64,000 nt of DNA from Turneriella sp. (GTDB lineage Bacteria; Spirochaetota; Leptospiria; Turneriellales; Turneriellaceae), in assembly GCA_965279515.1 (NCBI GenBank), contig CBDIID010000003.1, positions 3,072,001-3,136,000 on the forward strand. The letters run 5' to 3'. The notes beneath the pieces are model-generated. The model did no database searches. It was not told where the DNA came from and saw only the letters and a list, made by a program, of their open reading frames with translations. This document shows, one piece after another, positions 9,500 to 19,178 of this stretch (position 1 is the stretch's first letter; each line of letters opens with the position of its first letter). The position numbers and the translations under genes are program-made.

Positions 9500-12037
9500 G
9501 TGCAACGCGCCGCCTTACATACCCTTGCCGAGGTCCCTATTGTCACGCAATGGGACTATTTCTGGGACATGCTACCTTACGCAGTTCCGGGATTTATTAC
9601 TTTTACGACTGGCGTCTTTCTCGCCTTAGTCTGTCTTACCCGCTTCTTTCGCGAATCCCGGACGCGGCGTGATTATTTGTACCGCGATGCGGCGATGATG
9701 CTGTTCGGTTTCGGTGTGCTGGGATTAGTATTTGCGATGCGGGCGGTTATCCAGGACGAGGCTTTTCTGCTGCGCTGGAACAACCGGGTGCAGTGGCTCG
9801 CGAGCCTGATCTTTCCCGGTACGCTCGGTTTTGTATACCGGTTTCTGGGTAGCCGTCACAAGGCCCTGCAATATTGGCTCTACGCCGGTTGGGCGTTGGT
9901 GGCTCTATGCTTCGTTACCGGCTTCCTGAATTTGTTTCTGCTCAACGATTGGGCTTATTATCCCTTTGGCAAATATCCGAAAGGGTCGATCTATGCGAAA
10001 ATCTGGATACTGGTCGGCAGCGTTGGTTCTTATTATACATTTTTGCTTCTGCTTCTGAACTGGAAAAATAAAAAGAGCCGCGGCGAGAAAATGATTATCG
10101 CCGGCATCTTCCTGTTAATTCTGCTGACAACTTCGAATGGACCGAGCCAGTTAGGCATTCGTTTTTATCCGTTGGGTGTCTTCAACTTTATCCCGATGTT
10201 TCTCGTGCTCGCGGGCATTCTGCTTTCGGATTTCCTCAGTCTCAATGAATTTCTTTTTGAGCGCAGTGGTCTCTTCTATGCCGTGACATTTTTCATCGCA
10301 CTGATTTTCTTAGCCCTTGCGTTTACCATTGCATTCGGCCTGCAACCGGAGTTCTTTAATCCGGTACGAATATCCCTCTACCTGGTTATGGCCGTGATCT
10401 CGCTCATCGCGATTCTGGTTCTCGCTATTACTATCGCTGGCATCAACCCCCGCAGCCCCGTAAACCAGCTCGCCGCGGCCTTTCTGTTCTCGGTTGGTTT
10501 ACTCGAAGTCATTATGGTGCTCTCGGCGATACGCATGCCGGTACTGTACTTCCAGCGTATTCAGCAGCTGATCTATTTATTTTTCGTATTTGCGCCGGCT
10601 TTGGGGCTCCACGCCATGTACGTCGTCTATGGTCTCAAACCGCCATGGATCGTCTATGCGGTCGATGTGCTGGTTGTGATTTGTTCGATACTGACGCAAA
10701 CACCGTGGTATTATGTGGGTATGTATCAATTCAGTTTCGGGCATTTCGCCGCGGCAGGGCCCGGCGGTGACTTGTTTTCTGCCACAGCTGCGATTGCCAT
10801 CACGCTGGGCATTTGGGTCTGGCTGAAACAGCGTAAGAAAGCCGCAAACAAACAGGCCACTTATATTGTGCTCTCGTTTATTCTCCTGGGCATCCTCATT
10901 ATTACCAGCGTGCCGGCGCTGCAGGGTTTCGACATCTTTCCGCTTTCGGGCATGCTGGCCTTGCCTGCCGGCGTTCTGGCCTATGGCCTTTCAAAGCACG
11001 GGCCTTTGACGATGCAGGGCCGCGCCTTTGCTATCAACCGCCGCATGGCGATCTTTCTTGTGCTCTTTGTCATCGTTGCGTTGCTTCTGGTCTTTGTCAC
11101 ATTACGAGCACAGAGCGAAAGCCGGGCGGGTATCCTCTACGCGCTGTTTCTCGTCATACCGCTGTTTCTTTTCGGCTACCTGATCCTGTTTCTTTTCACC
11201 AAACCGCTGACCATCGACATCGATTCGAGCTTCGACATGCTCGAGCAAGAAAAACAGGTCTCGAACCTGCTTCTGCTCAACATTTTGCCGGCATCGGTTG
11301 CCGAAGAGCTCAAAGAGCAGGGCGAGGTGAAGCCGATTTTTTATGAATCGGCCACTGTGATCTTTACCGATTTTGTCGGCTTTACGCGTACGGCCAGCCA
11401 GATGCAGCCACAAGAACTCATCGAACAGCTGAACCGCATCTTCTATCAATTCGACGCCATTAGCCAACGCTACGGGATCGAGAAAATCAAGACCATCGGC
11501 GATTCATACATGGCGGCCGGCGGCCTGCCGCAAAAAAATACCACGCATGCGCTCGATGTCTGCCTTGCGGCCATGGAACTCAAGCGCATGACGGAACAGA
11601 CACTACAGCTTTTGGCGGAAACCGGCGGAGCATTGTGGGAGCTTCGCATTGGCATACATACCGGGCCCGTGATGGCGGGTGTTGTCGGCCAGCATAAATA
11701 CGCCTATGACATCTTCGGCGACTCGGTCAACATTGCGAGCCGCATGGAAAGTACAGGTACGCCCGGGGAGATCAATATTTCCGAAAGCACCTACAACGAG
11801 GTGCAATATCTGTTTGATTGCGAACACCGGGGCAGGTTGCCGATAAAAAACCGCGGCGAAATCAATATGTATTTTTTGCGCGGGCTCAAGCCCAGGTATG
11901 TAGACGCTAACGGCGTCCCTAACCAGCGTTTCCGCGACATCTATAAGAAATTACAGGTCGGGGCGCGGCTGGTTCCCAGAGGGGCTAAATCGGCGCCCGA
12001 AGAAGATTTTTCGCTAGCGACAGAATCCCCCGCATAA
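9500..12037 (+). CDS. Multi-TM class III adenylate/guanylate cyclase (start may be ATG 9569)
   Basis: LLLNILP, FTDFVGFT, KIKTIGDSYM, RIGIHTG, YDIFGDSVNIASRME. Confidence 0.92.
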   Translation: MQRAALHTLAEVPIVTQWDYFWDMLPYAVPGFITFTTGVFLALVCLTRFFRESRTRRDYLYRDAAMMLFGFGVLGLVFAMRAVIQDEAFLLRWNNRVQWLASLIFPGTLGFVYRFLGSRHKALQYWLYAGWALVALCFVTGFLNLFLLNDWAYYPFGKYPKGSIYAKIWILVGSVGSYYTFLLLLLNWKNKKSRGEKMIIAGIFLLILLTTSNGPSQLGIRFYPLGVFNFIPMFLVLAGILLSDFLSLNEFLFERSGLFYAVTFFIALIFLALAFTIAFGLQPEFFNPVRISLYLVMAVISLIAILVLAITIAGINPRSPVNQLAAAFLFSVGLLEVIMVLSAIRMPVLYFQRIQQLIYLFFVFAPALGLHAMYVVYGLKPPWIVYAVDVLVVICSILTQTPWYYVGMYQFSFGHFAAAGPGGDLFSATAAIAITLGIWVWLKQRKKAANKQATYIVLSFILLGILIITSVPALQGFDIFPLSGMLALPAGVLAYGLSKHGPLTMQGRAFAINRRMAIFLVLFVIVALLLVFVTLRAQSESRAGILYALFLVIPLFLFGYLILFLFTKPLTIDIDSSFDMLEQEKQVSNLLLLNILPASVAEELKEQGEVKPIFYESATVIFTDFVGFTRTASQMQPQELIEQLNRIFYQFDAISQRYGIEKIKTIGDSYMAAGGLPQKNTTHALDVCLAAMELKRMTEQTLQLLAETGGALWELRIGIHTGPVMAGVVGQHKYAYDIFGDSVNIASRMESTGTPGEINISESTYNEVQYLFDCEHRGRLPIKNRGEINMYFLRGLKPRYVDANGVPNQRFRDIYKKLQVGARLVPRGAKSAPEEDFSLATESPA

Positions 12038-13415
12038 GCCCCGCTGCGGTGAGGCAGAAGATGAGCCCGGCGGGTACATACCATGTCCACGCCAGCGGCG
12101 AGAAGATTGCAATAAGCGCCATGCCCGTCGCCGACGCGAGAAATCCCACTAGGGCGGATGCCTGGCCGACACGGCTAAAAGCCAGAATGTAAAGGCCCAC
12201 GATGCCGCCCGCGAGTATCGACGCGAGTTTTAAGGCAATCACCACGACGGGGCTTTTCTGATCGGTGAAGAGTAATGCGATCAGCATAATCGCCGCCGCC
12301 CAGATCAGGGTCAATGCGCGTGAGAGCCTGAGGCGCCTGCGTTCGTCGTTCACGGCGTAGTTCGGAAACAGGTCAAGCAAGGTCGACGAAGCGAGTGAAC
12401 TTAACGTTGCTGAAAGCGTGGATTGGCCCGTCGCAAAGATCGCCGCGAGCACGAGGCCGACGAGACCTGCGGGCAAATGTTTGATGATGAATGTCGGGAA
12501 AATGCTGTCGCTCGAGGCGAAAGGCGCACCCTTGAAAAAAACAAACAGCCAGACGCCGATGATGAGAAAGAGCAGAAATTGCAGGTCGACGAGAATACCG
12601 CTGGTGATCATCGCCTTCTGCGCATCTTTCAGGTTGCGGCAGGCCAGCGATTTCTGCACGATGAGCTGGTCGGTGCCATGCGACGAAACCGCCAGCAGTG
12701 CTCCGCCGATAATACCAGCGATCAGATGAAAGGGCTCCTTAAAGAAGGATGTCCAGCCGTTCGCAAAACCCGATGCGAGAAACTGGAATTTTTCCGCGGG
12801 CGCTGAAGAGAGATCCATGCCGCTTGCCTGCAAAACAAAAACCGCGGCAAATGCGCCGGCGAGATAGACACCCGTTTGGATAAACTCCACCCACATCGCG
12901 GCGCGCACCCCGCCGAAAAAAGTATAGGGCAGCGTGAGTAGCGTAAAGACCAGAATCGATGTGGTGATCGACCAGCCGCTGATGAGCGACAGGGGCAATG
13001 CTGTGGCATAGAGTCTCACACCCGTGCCTAAAAGGCGGGTAATCTGGAAGAGTACAGCCGCAAGGCGCCGCATAGGCACGCTATAGCGGTGCTCGAGAAA
13101 GGCATAGACCGTTTCGATATTGCCTTTGAAGTACGCGGGCAGTAAGACAAAGGCCACGATGATGCGCCCGATGACATAGCCGAAGGCCAGCTGCATGAAG
13201 GTGAGATTACCCGTGTAGGCAAGCCCGGGTATCGAGATGAATGTCAGGCTCGAGGTTTCGGCGGCGACGATCGAAGCGGAGATCACCCACCACGGCAGGG
13301 TGTGTTCGCCCGAAAAAAAATCCGCGGTGCCCTTTTGGCCGCGGCCTGCCACAAAGCCAACAAGCTGCAGCACAGCAAAGTAGCCGATGAGGACCACGAA
13401 GTCGAGTGTGTTCAT
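11985..13415 (-). CDS. Sodium:solute symporter (SSS family)
   Basis: SIVAAETSSLTFISIPG and GTDQLIVQ motifs; many TM segments. Confidence 0.9.
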   Translation of the reverse strand: MNTLDFVVLIGYFAVLQLVGFVAGRGQKGTADFFSGEHTLPWWVISASIVAAETSSLTFISIPGLAYTGNLTFMQLAFGYVIGRIIVAFVLLPAYFKGNIETVYAFLEHRYSVPMRRLAAVLFQITRLLGTGVRLYATALPLSLISGWSITTSILVFTLLTLPYTFFGGVRAAMWVEFIQTGVYLAGAFAAVFVLQASGMDLSSAPAEKFQFLASGFANGWTSFFKEPFHLIAGIIGGALLAVSSHGTDQLIVQKSLACRNLKDAQKAMITSGILVDLQFLLFLIIGVWLFVFFKGAPFASSDSIFPTFIIKHLPAGLVGLVLAAIFATGQSTLSATLSSLASSTLLDLFPNYAVNDERRRLRLSRALTLIWAAAIMLIALLFTDQKSPVVVIALKLASILAGGIVGLYILAFSRVGQASALVGFLASATGMALIAIFSPLAWTWYVPAGLIFCLTAAGLMRGILSLAKNLLRAPI

Positions 13416-14374
13416 GCGGTGGTAATGACGACGTTCCCGATCTTACTGCCAGTCATCACATAGCTATACGCTTCGGCGATTTGTCGCAGCGAATACGTTC
13501 TGTCGATGAGGGGCTTAAACTTTCCCTGTACCAGCAGGTCTGAGATAAAACGGATGCTACGCGGGATATCCGCGGGTACGGGAAATTTAACTTTTTTGCA
13601 CGGGAACAAAGCGGTCAGCAGGGCAAGAAACGGATTCTGGACATAGGGCCCGAGTTCCGAGGAGATGTAGATACCTTTTTCTTTGAGCAGCGGTTTACAT
13701 TTTTTGAAAGTGCTTTTACCGACGGCGTCAAAAACATAGTCAAACTTTTCAGGAATCTTTGTGAAATCTTCGGTTTGATAGTCGATGACGCGCGTAGCTC
13801 CGAGTGAGCGTAGACGCTCCAGATATGCCGTGCCGCAAACCGCCGTGACTTCGAGACCGAGATGGTTTAGAAACTGGACCAAGGCGGAGCCGATACCCCC
13901 CGTTGCGCCGTTAACCAGAACACGCTGGCCTTTTGTCGCCTTGACTTTGGTCAGGAAGTTATAGGCATAATGTGCTGCTTCCAGGCTCGCAACAGCTGTA
14001 ATCAGATCGATGCCCGCTGGCACCTTCGCCACCGCGGCTTTCTCTCCAATCACCATGTACTCAGCCTGTGAAGCTAAACCCTGGTCGTTGAAGCCAAAGA
14101 CTTTATCGCCAACCGCAAACGCAGCGACCTGATCGCCTTTAGCCACCACTTCGCCGGCGAAATCGGTTCCCGGTACGGGCAATTTGGGTTTGAAGAGGCC
14201 GGTAAAAAAACGCATGATGAAGGGTTTGCCGGTCAGTACTGCGGCATCTGTCCTGTTGACGGTTGTTGCCTGTACCCTGACGAGCAGTTGACTTGCCCCT
14301 GGTATTGGTTTTTCGATTTGCCTGACGGTAAGGCAATCGGGGCCGCAGTATTGATCTCTGTACGCAGCTTGCAT
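13412..14374 (-). CDS. NAD(P)-dependent MDR-family oxidoreductase
   Basis: GTDFAGEV, NGATGGIG, VIDY, VFDAVG, PLIDRTY. Confidence 0.9.
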   Translation of the reverse strand: MQAAYRDQYCGPDCLTVRQIEKPIPGASQLLVRVQATTVNRTDAAVLTGKPFIMRFFTGLFKPKLPVPGTDFAGEVVAKGDQVAAFAVGDKVFGFNDQGLASQAEYMVIGEKAAVAKVPAGIDLITAVASLEAAHYAYNFLTKVKATKGQRVLVNGATGGIGSALVQFLNHLGLEVTAVCGTAYLERLRSLGATRVIDYQTEDFTKIPEKFDYVFDAVGKSTFKKCKPLLKEKGIYISSELGPYVQNPFLALLTALFPCKKVKFPVPADIPRSIRFISDLLVQGKFKPLIDRTYSLRQIAEAYSYVMTGSKIGNVVITTA

Positions 14375-14415
14375 AGATTGGATGTGCAAGAGCCGAAGTG
14401 GCGCTGCCGCGCAAC

Positions 14416-16569
14416 CTAAAATCTGATTTCGACGCCGAAATTGGGTAAAATGGGAATCCTAGGTTCGAGAGGTTCGAGGGTGGGGTTAACTCCTTCCTGG
14501 TATGGCCGCGAATAATTAAATACCTGCTGCCCCTGGGGCGCCGAATTGGTCGCATTTACAACTTCGAAATACCATCGCCATGATCCCCAGGAACGAATGC
14601 GTTCCTGACTATAGCGGATACTGATGCGATGGGCAAGAGGGTAGTGTGCCGAACGCGAAGTATCGTAGACCGGATAAAACCCGGAAGAAGTCGATGAATC
14701 CCGTTGCGAATCTTTGATCGGGAAATAGGCGAACCCCGAGTAAATATCCGCTCGTAACGACAAATTATGGATGCCGTGGATGTAACCCGCGACGAGTTTT
14801 ATATTATGCGTTTGGTCGTACTCGCTTAGCTGGTCACGCGTAACACTGCGGCTCAGTGTATAACTCGCCCAACCATAAAAATCGTGCTCCCCTGTACCGT
14901 CACTCGCCTTACGGACTGAAAACTCGGCTCCCATATTCTTGGTCGCATACCGGTTGCCAAACTCAGGTGTATAACTTTGTCCGTAGTAAGCGCCGATTTG
15001 CCGGTAAATATCATTTAAGTATCCCTCGACTTTGAAATCCCAGAGCTTATATTTTTGTAATACTGCAAGACTACGATGCACCGCCTCCTCAGGTTTGAGA
15101 TTGGACGAATTGCTCAGAACTGCGAAACTGGAGGAGTACGTATCGAGATGGGCCATGTTGACCTGGGCAAAAGATTGATACACTCCGCCAGCTGCTTCGA
15201 GCGTCGTTCCCGTGGAAAAATCGTAACCCATGAGCCCGCGCGGTCCGATAGCGAGGTGCCGACTTACGGGCAGATAATCCGCCCTTACCCCTGGGACCAT
15301 TCGCAAAGAGCCAAATTGGAATTTATTCTCAACATAACCAGATGGCACATGATGAACACTATGATTATCATACTGGCGTTTGGGTGTTATGTATCCTTGG
15401 CCAGAAACCAAAACAGAAGAACTATAGTCTAAAAAATTACCCGAAGCGGCCAGGTAATAGAGCGAATATTCCAGTCCCAGATTTAAACGAGCGCTGCCTT
15501 CAAGCCACTGGATAGAAAAGTTGTTCTTGATGCCAGCGAGATTGGGCTGGCTTTTAGCGTAACCGCTAGTATCCGTGGTTTCGTAGTTAAAGCTGCCCCG
15601 ATCTGCGACGAGCGTATTAAAGAGAAGCACATGGTTCTTCATTTTACGCGACGGTTCATAGTCGTAATAGAGGCCCTGAGAGTGAGCAGAGATCTCCCAT
15701 GCAGTGCCCGGTTTGATGTACTTGAGATCTGAATCAAAGTAAGATTCTCCCGAACTGGCGCTGCGCAAGACCTCAACGATGTCGTAGCTTCCCAGCGCGA
15801 GAAAAGTCAGGCCGTGTTCACCCTTTTGATCGAGAACGATCTTGCCCTTTAGCTGATAGTCATAATATTGCGGCAGCGCGATGAAGGTATCGCCCGTAAT
15901 CGCTTTATAGATAGGAGGTATGATGAGCGGCAGATAGCCGACGCGCCCGGCCGTGATCCAGTAACCTTCGGGTCGATTGTCTCCGCCGGGCCATGGTGCT
16001 TTGAGCAGAAAATTCGCGGAAACCAGACCGATGTCGATCACGGCGCCAAACTTGTCGACGTCATCAATCGTCTTAAATTCCAGAACGGCTCCTGTGGCGC
16101 CGCCATAAGTCACTGGAAACGCCGAAGCGTAAACGTTCGCTTCCTTCACGATGTCGTTGTTCAGCACCGAGTGCAATCCGCCGAAATGCTGCGGCCGCGG
16201 AATCGGAATGCCGTCGACAAAAAAACGGTTCGCTTCATTACCTGCGCCGCGTATCACGAGATTGCCGAGCAGTGCGTCGGTGCGGGAAATACCAGCTAGA
16301 CTCGTCAGCGCGTTTAGCGCATCGCCGAACGTCGCCGGCGTGTTTTTTATCTGATCGCCTGTGAGCGTGACCCTGCCGGCGGTCTGTTTATCAGCTTCAC
16401 TTTTAAGAACGACCTTGCGCCCCGTCTTCACGGGCAACTCGTCCGCTGCATCGAGCGCTAAAGCAGCGCTCGCCAACAGGAAAAAATATTTCAGATATCT
16501 GAGATTAATAGAGATAAAAAGCCGCGGCCTTTTTCCGGAACTCTGCCTCTTCTTGCTGGTAGCTTTCAC
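14416..16569 (-). CDS. TonB-dependent receptor (true start probably near 16500)
   Basis: Plug motifs LVIRG, FFVDGIPI, YGGATGAV; YDQTHNIK; C-terminal ILPNFGVEIRF. Confidence 0.85.
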   Translation of the reverse strand: MKATSKKRQSSGKRPRLFISINLRYLKYFFLLASAALALDAADELPVKTGRKVVLKSEADKQTAGRVTLTGDQIKNTPATFGDALNALTSLAGISRTDALLGNLVIRGAGNEANRFFVDGIPIPRPQHFGGLHSVLNNDIVKEANVYASAFPVTYGGATGAVLEFKTIDDVDKFGAVIDIGLVSANFLLKAPWPGGDNRPEGYWITAGRVGYLPLIIPPIYKAITGDTFIALPQYYDYQLKGKIVLDQKGEHGLTFLALGSYDIVEVLRSASSGESYFDSDLKYIKPGTAWEISAHSQGLYYDYEPSRKMKNHVLLFNTLVADRGSFNYETTDTSGYAKSQPNLAGIKNNFSIQWLEGSARLNLGLEYSLYYLAASGNFLDYSSSVLVSGQGYITPKRQYDNHSVHHVPSGYVENKFQFGSLRMVPGVRADYLPVSRHLAIGPRGLMGYDFSTGTTLEAAGGVYQSFAQVNMAHLDTYSSSFAVLSNSSNLKPEEAVHRSLAVLQKYKLWDFKVEGYLNDIYRQIGAYYGQSYTPEFGNRYATKNMGAEFSVRKASDGTGEHDFYGWASYTLSRSVTRDQLSEYDQTHNIKLVAGYIHGIHNLSLRADIYSGFAYFPIKDSQRDSSTSSGFYPVYDTSRSAHYPLAHRISIRYSQERIRSWGSWRWYFEVVNATNSAPQGQQVFNYSRPYQEGVNPTLEPLEPRIPILPNFGVEIRF

Positions 16570-17677
16570 GATAGGTTTCCAGATTTTCAGCGTTTTCGGT
16601 ATTCAGGCGAAAACCGGCCGAGCCGGTTAAGAGGTCGATCGCGAGAACATCGGCGACATATTCGTAGGGCTCGCGCCTCCAGTCAAAGTTTTTCGGCCAA
16701 AGGTCGTGTGCGGTTTTGACCATGGCAAGGCCGGTATAATACGATTCGAAGACGGTTACATCCGTCACATGCACAAACACACCGCCGCAGGCCTGGTCCT
16801 GGAATTTGTGGAATGTCGGCTTAAAATAGAGCGGGCGAAAAAAAACGCCGGGGATAGCCTGCGCATTTAAGGCTGTGGCGTATTGTTTGGGATCGATAAA
16901 CGGCGCGCCGATGATTTCGAATGGGCGTGTGGTACCGCGGCCTTCGGAAATATTGGTTGCTTCAAAAAGGCAGGTGCCGGAATACACAACGGCGGTATCG
17001 ACCGTCGGCATATTCGGTGAAGGCTGCACCCATGTGCCGCCCGTCTCGCCATAAGACATCCCCCTTTGCCAGCCTTCGAGGCGGATAATTTCGAGATCTG
17101 TATTCCATTGTTCTGTGCGGTTAAGCAGCGAGGCGATTTCACCGATTGTCAGCGAATGCCGCACGGCGAGCGGGTAGGCACCGACAAAAGATTCGCAGCC
17201 TTCATGCACGATGCCGCCTTCGACAACCTTACCGCCGAGCGGGTTCGGGCGGTCGCAGACGATTACACGGATGCCGCGTTTTGCCGCTGCCTCGATGCAG
17301 AACGCCATCGTATAGCTGTAAGTGTAATAACGACAGCCAATATCCTGGATATCGACGACGAGCGTATCGATGCCGTCGAGATCAGAGGCGGATGGCCTCA
17401 GTTGTTCTTTGGTCTGGCCGTAAAGGCTGATGGCCTTGAGTCCCGTGAAGCTATCGGTTTCGTGAGCAACGGTAATTTGGTCCTGCTCGGTGCCAAACAT
17501 GCCGTGTTCAGGCGCGAAGATTTTTTCGGGCCTGAAACCCTGCGCCATAAGCGCCTCGAACAGGTATTTGCCGTTCGTCGCAACGGAGCTCTGGTTAACG
17601 AGCAGCGCAAAGCGCCGACCCTTAAGATATTTTCCGGGATCGGCGGTCAGCCGATCGACGCCAAAAGTGACGGACAT
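16505..17677 (-). CDS. DUF1343 / NamZ-like exo-beta-N-acetylmuramidase
   Basis: FAPEHG, DIQDIGCRYYTY, DRPNPLGG, PSPNMPT, SEGRGTTRPFE. Confidence 0.9.
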   Translation of the reverse strand: MSVTFGVDRLTADPGKYLKGRRFALLVNQSSVATNGKYLFEALMAQGFRPEKIFAPEHGMFGTEQDQITVAHETDSFTGLKAISLYGQTKEQLRPSASDLDGIDTLVVDIQDIGCRYYTYSYTMAFCIEAAAKRGIRVIVCDRPNPLGGKVVEGGIVHEGCESFVGAYPLAVRHSLTIGEIASLLNRTEQWNTDLEIIRLEGWQRGMSYGETGGTWVQPSPNMPTVDTAVVYSGTCLFEATNISEGRGTTRPFEIIGAPFIDPKQYATALNAQAIPGVFFRPLYFKPTFHKFQDQACGGVFVHVTDVTVFESYYTGLAMVKTAHDLWPKNFDWRREPYEYVADVLAIDLLTGSAGFRLNTENAENLETYRESYQQEEAEFRKKAAAFYLY

Positions 17678-17690
17678 CGTTCAGCGCTTT

Positions 17691-19142
17691 CTAGCGTCTG
17701 AACATGCCGACGATCAGATTGATCTGGCGCATCACCCATTTTGTGTAAGGAGGGAACAGGTTGCTCGTGACGCTGAATTTGTCCGTGAGCACCGCGCGTT
17801 CGTGTGAAAAGGCGCGAAAGCCGTAAACACCGTGCGAGTTGCCGATGCCGCTGTTGTTCACGCCGCCAAAGGGCAGGTTCGCATGCAGAAAGTGCACAGC
17901 GCTTGTGTTGATGCAGGTACCGCCGGCGCTGGTGTTCCTGAGAATCTGTTCTGTGCGCTTTTTGTTTTTTCCAAAGATATAAAGCGCCAGGGGTTTCGGC
18001 CTGCCATTGATGTCGTCGATCACAGTGGCTACGTCAGAGAACGGAATAATTGGTAAAAGCGGCCCGAAGATTTCAGAATGCATGATGTCCGATTTTTTCG
18101 AAACATTGTCCAGGAGTGTCGGCGCAATAAAATTATCCGCGGCATTCGTTTCGCCGCCGGCTACCACGAGCGCGCCCTTGGCCTTCGCATCATCGAGCAG
18201 GTGTTTGACGCGCTTGAAATGGCGGCCATTGACGATGCGGCAATAGTCGGGATTTTTTTCCTGGACCTGGCCGTTCTCGCCATAGACAGCCGCGATGCGT
18301 TTCTGTGCCTCTTGCACGAATGCGGTTTTGACATCTTCGTGCACATAGAGTAAATCGGGCGCGATGCAGGTTTGCCCGTTGTTGGCGAACTTACTCCACA
18401 TGATATTGCCCGCGGCCTTTTTAATATTGGCGGATTGATCGACGATGACAGGCGATTTGCCGCCGAGCTCGAGCGTCACCGAACTCAGGTTCTTCGCGGC
18501 GGCCGCCATGACGATCTTGCCGACGCCCGGGCTGCCGGTAAAGAAGATGTGATCGAAAGGCAGCTTCAGCAGGTTTGTCGAGACCTTCTCGTCACCCTGG
18601 AATACGGCAACTTCATCAGCAGAAAAAACTTCGCCGACGATTTTTTCCATCAGCTGCGACATGTGTGGTGTAAACTCAGAGGGTTTGATCATCACCGTGT
18701 TGCCGGCGGCGATCGCCGAGACCAGTGGGCCGAATGTGAGATTAAACGGATAGTTCCACGGTGAAATGATGAGGCAGACACCTTTGGGCTCGGAGCGCAC
18801 ATGGGCGACGGTACCAAAGAGCGGCAGTGTCATCGGCGCGGGTTTGGGGCGCATCCATTTTTTCAGGTGTTTTTGCGCATCTTTGATCTCGATGAGCACC
18901 GGGAAAATCTCGGTGAGATCGATTTCAGCTACGGGTTTTTTGAAGTCAGCGTAACCCGCGGCGTAGATATCCTTTGTATGCGCGACGACGGCTTCACGCA
19001 GGCGTTTCAGTTTCTGGATTCTGCTCGCGGCATCAGATGTGCGCAGCGCCAGCGCCTTTTCTCTTTGCTGCGCGAAAATACCCTGCATATCGGGTGCCGC
19101 AGGTTGTTTTTTCGCGGTGGGTTTTTTTGTCTTGGCCTTCAT
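17691..19142 (-). CDS. Aldehyde dehydrogenase (ALDH3 / coniferyl-aldehyde-like)
   Basis: PWNYP, KPSE, FTGS, LELGGKSP, GQTCIAPD, EIFGP. Confidence 0.95.
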   Translation of the reverse strand: MKAKTKKPTAKKQPAAPDMQGIFAQQREKALALRTSDAASRIQKLKRLREAVVAHTKDIYAAGYADFKKPVAEIDLTEIFPVLIEIKDAQKHLKKWMRPKPAPMTLPLFGTVAHVRSEPKGVCLIISPWNYPFNLTFGPLVSAIAAGNTVMIKPSEFTPHMSQLMEKIVGEVFSADEVAVFQGDEKVSTNLLKLPFDHIFFTGSPGVGKIVMAAAAKNLSSVTLELGGKSPVIVDQSANIKKAAGNIMWSKFANNGQTCIAPDLLYVHEDVKTAFVQEAQKRIAAVYGENGQVQEKNPDYCRIVNGRHFKRVKHLLDDAKAKGALVVAGGETNAADNFIAPTLLDNVSKKSDIMHSEIFGPLLPIIPFSDVATVIDDINGRPKPLALYIFGKNKKRTEQILRNTSAGGTCINTSAVHFLHANLPFGGVNNSGIGNSHGVYGFRAFSHERAVLTDKFSVTSNLFPPYTKWVMRQINLIVGMFRR

Positions 19143-19178
19143 AAGCGAGCCTTTGGGCGCCCGCTTCGGCCGTAAAGG

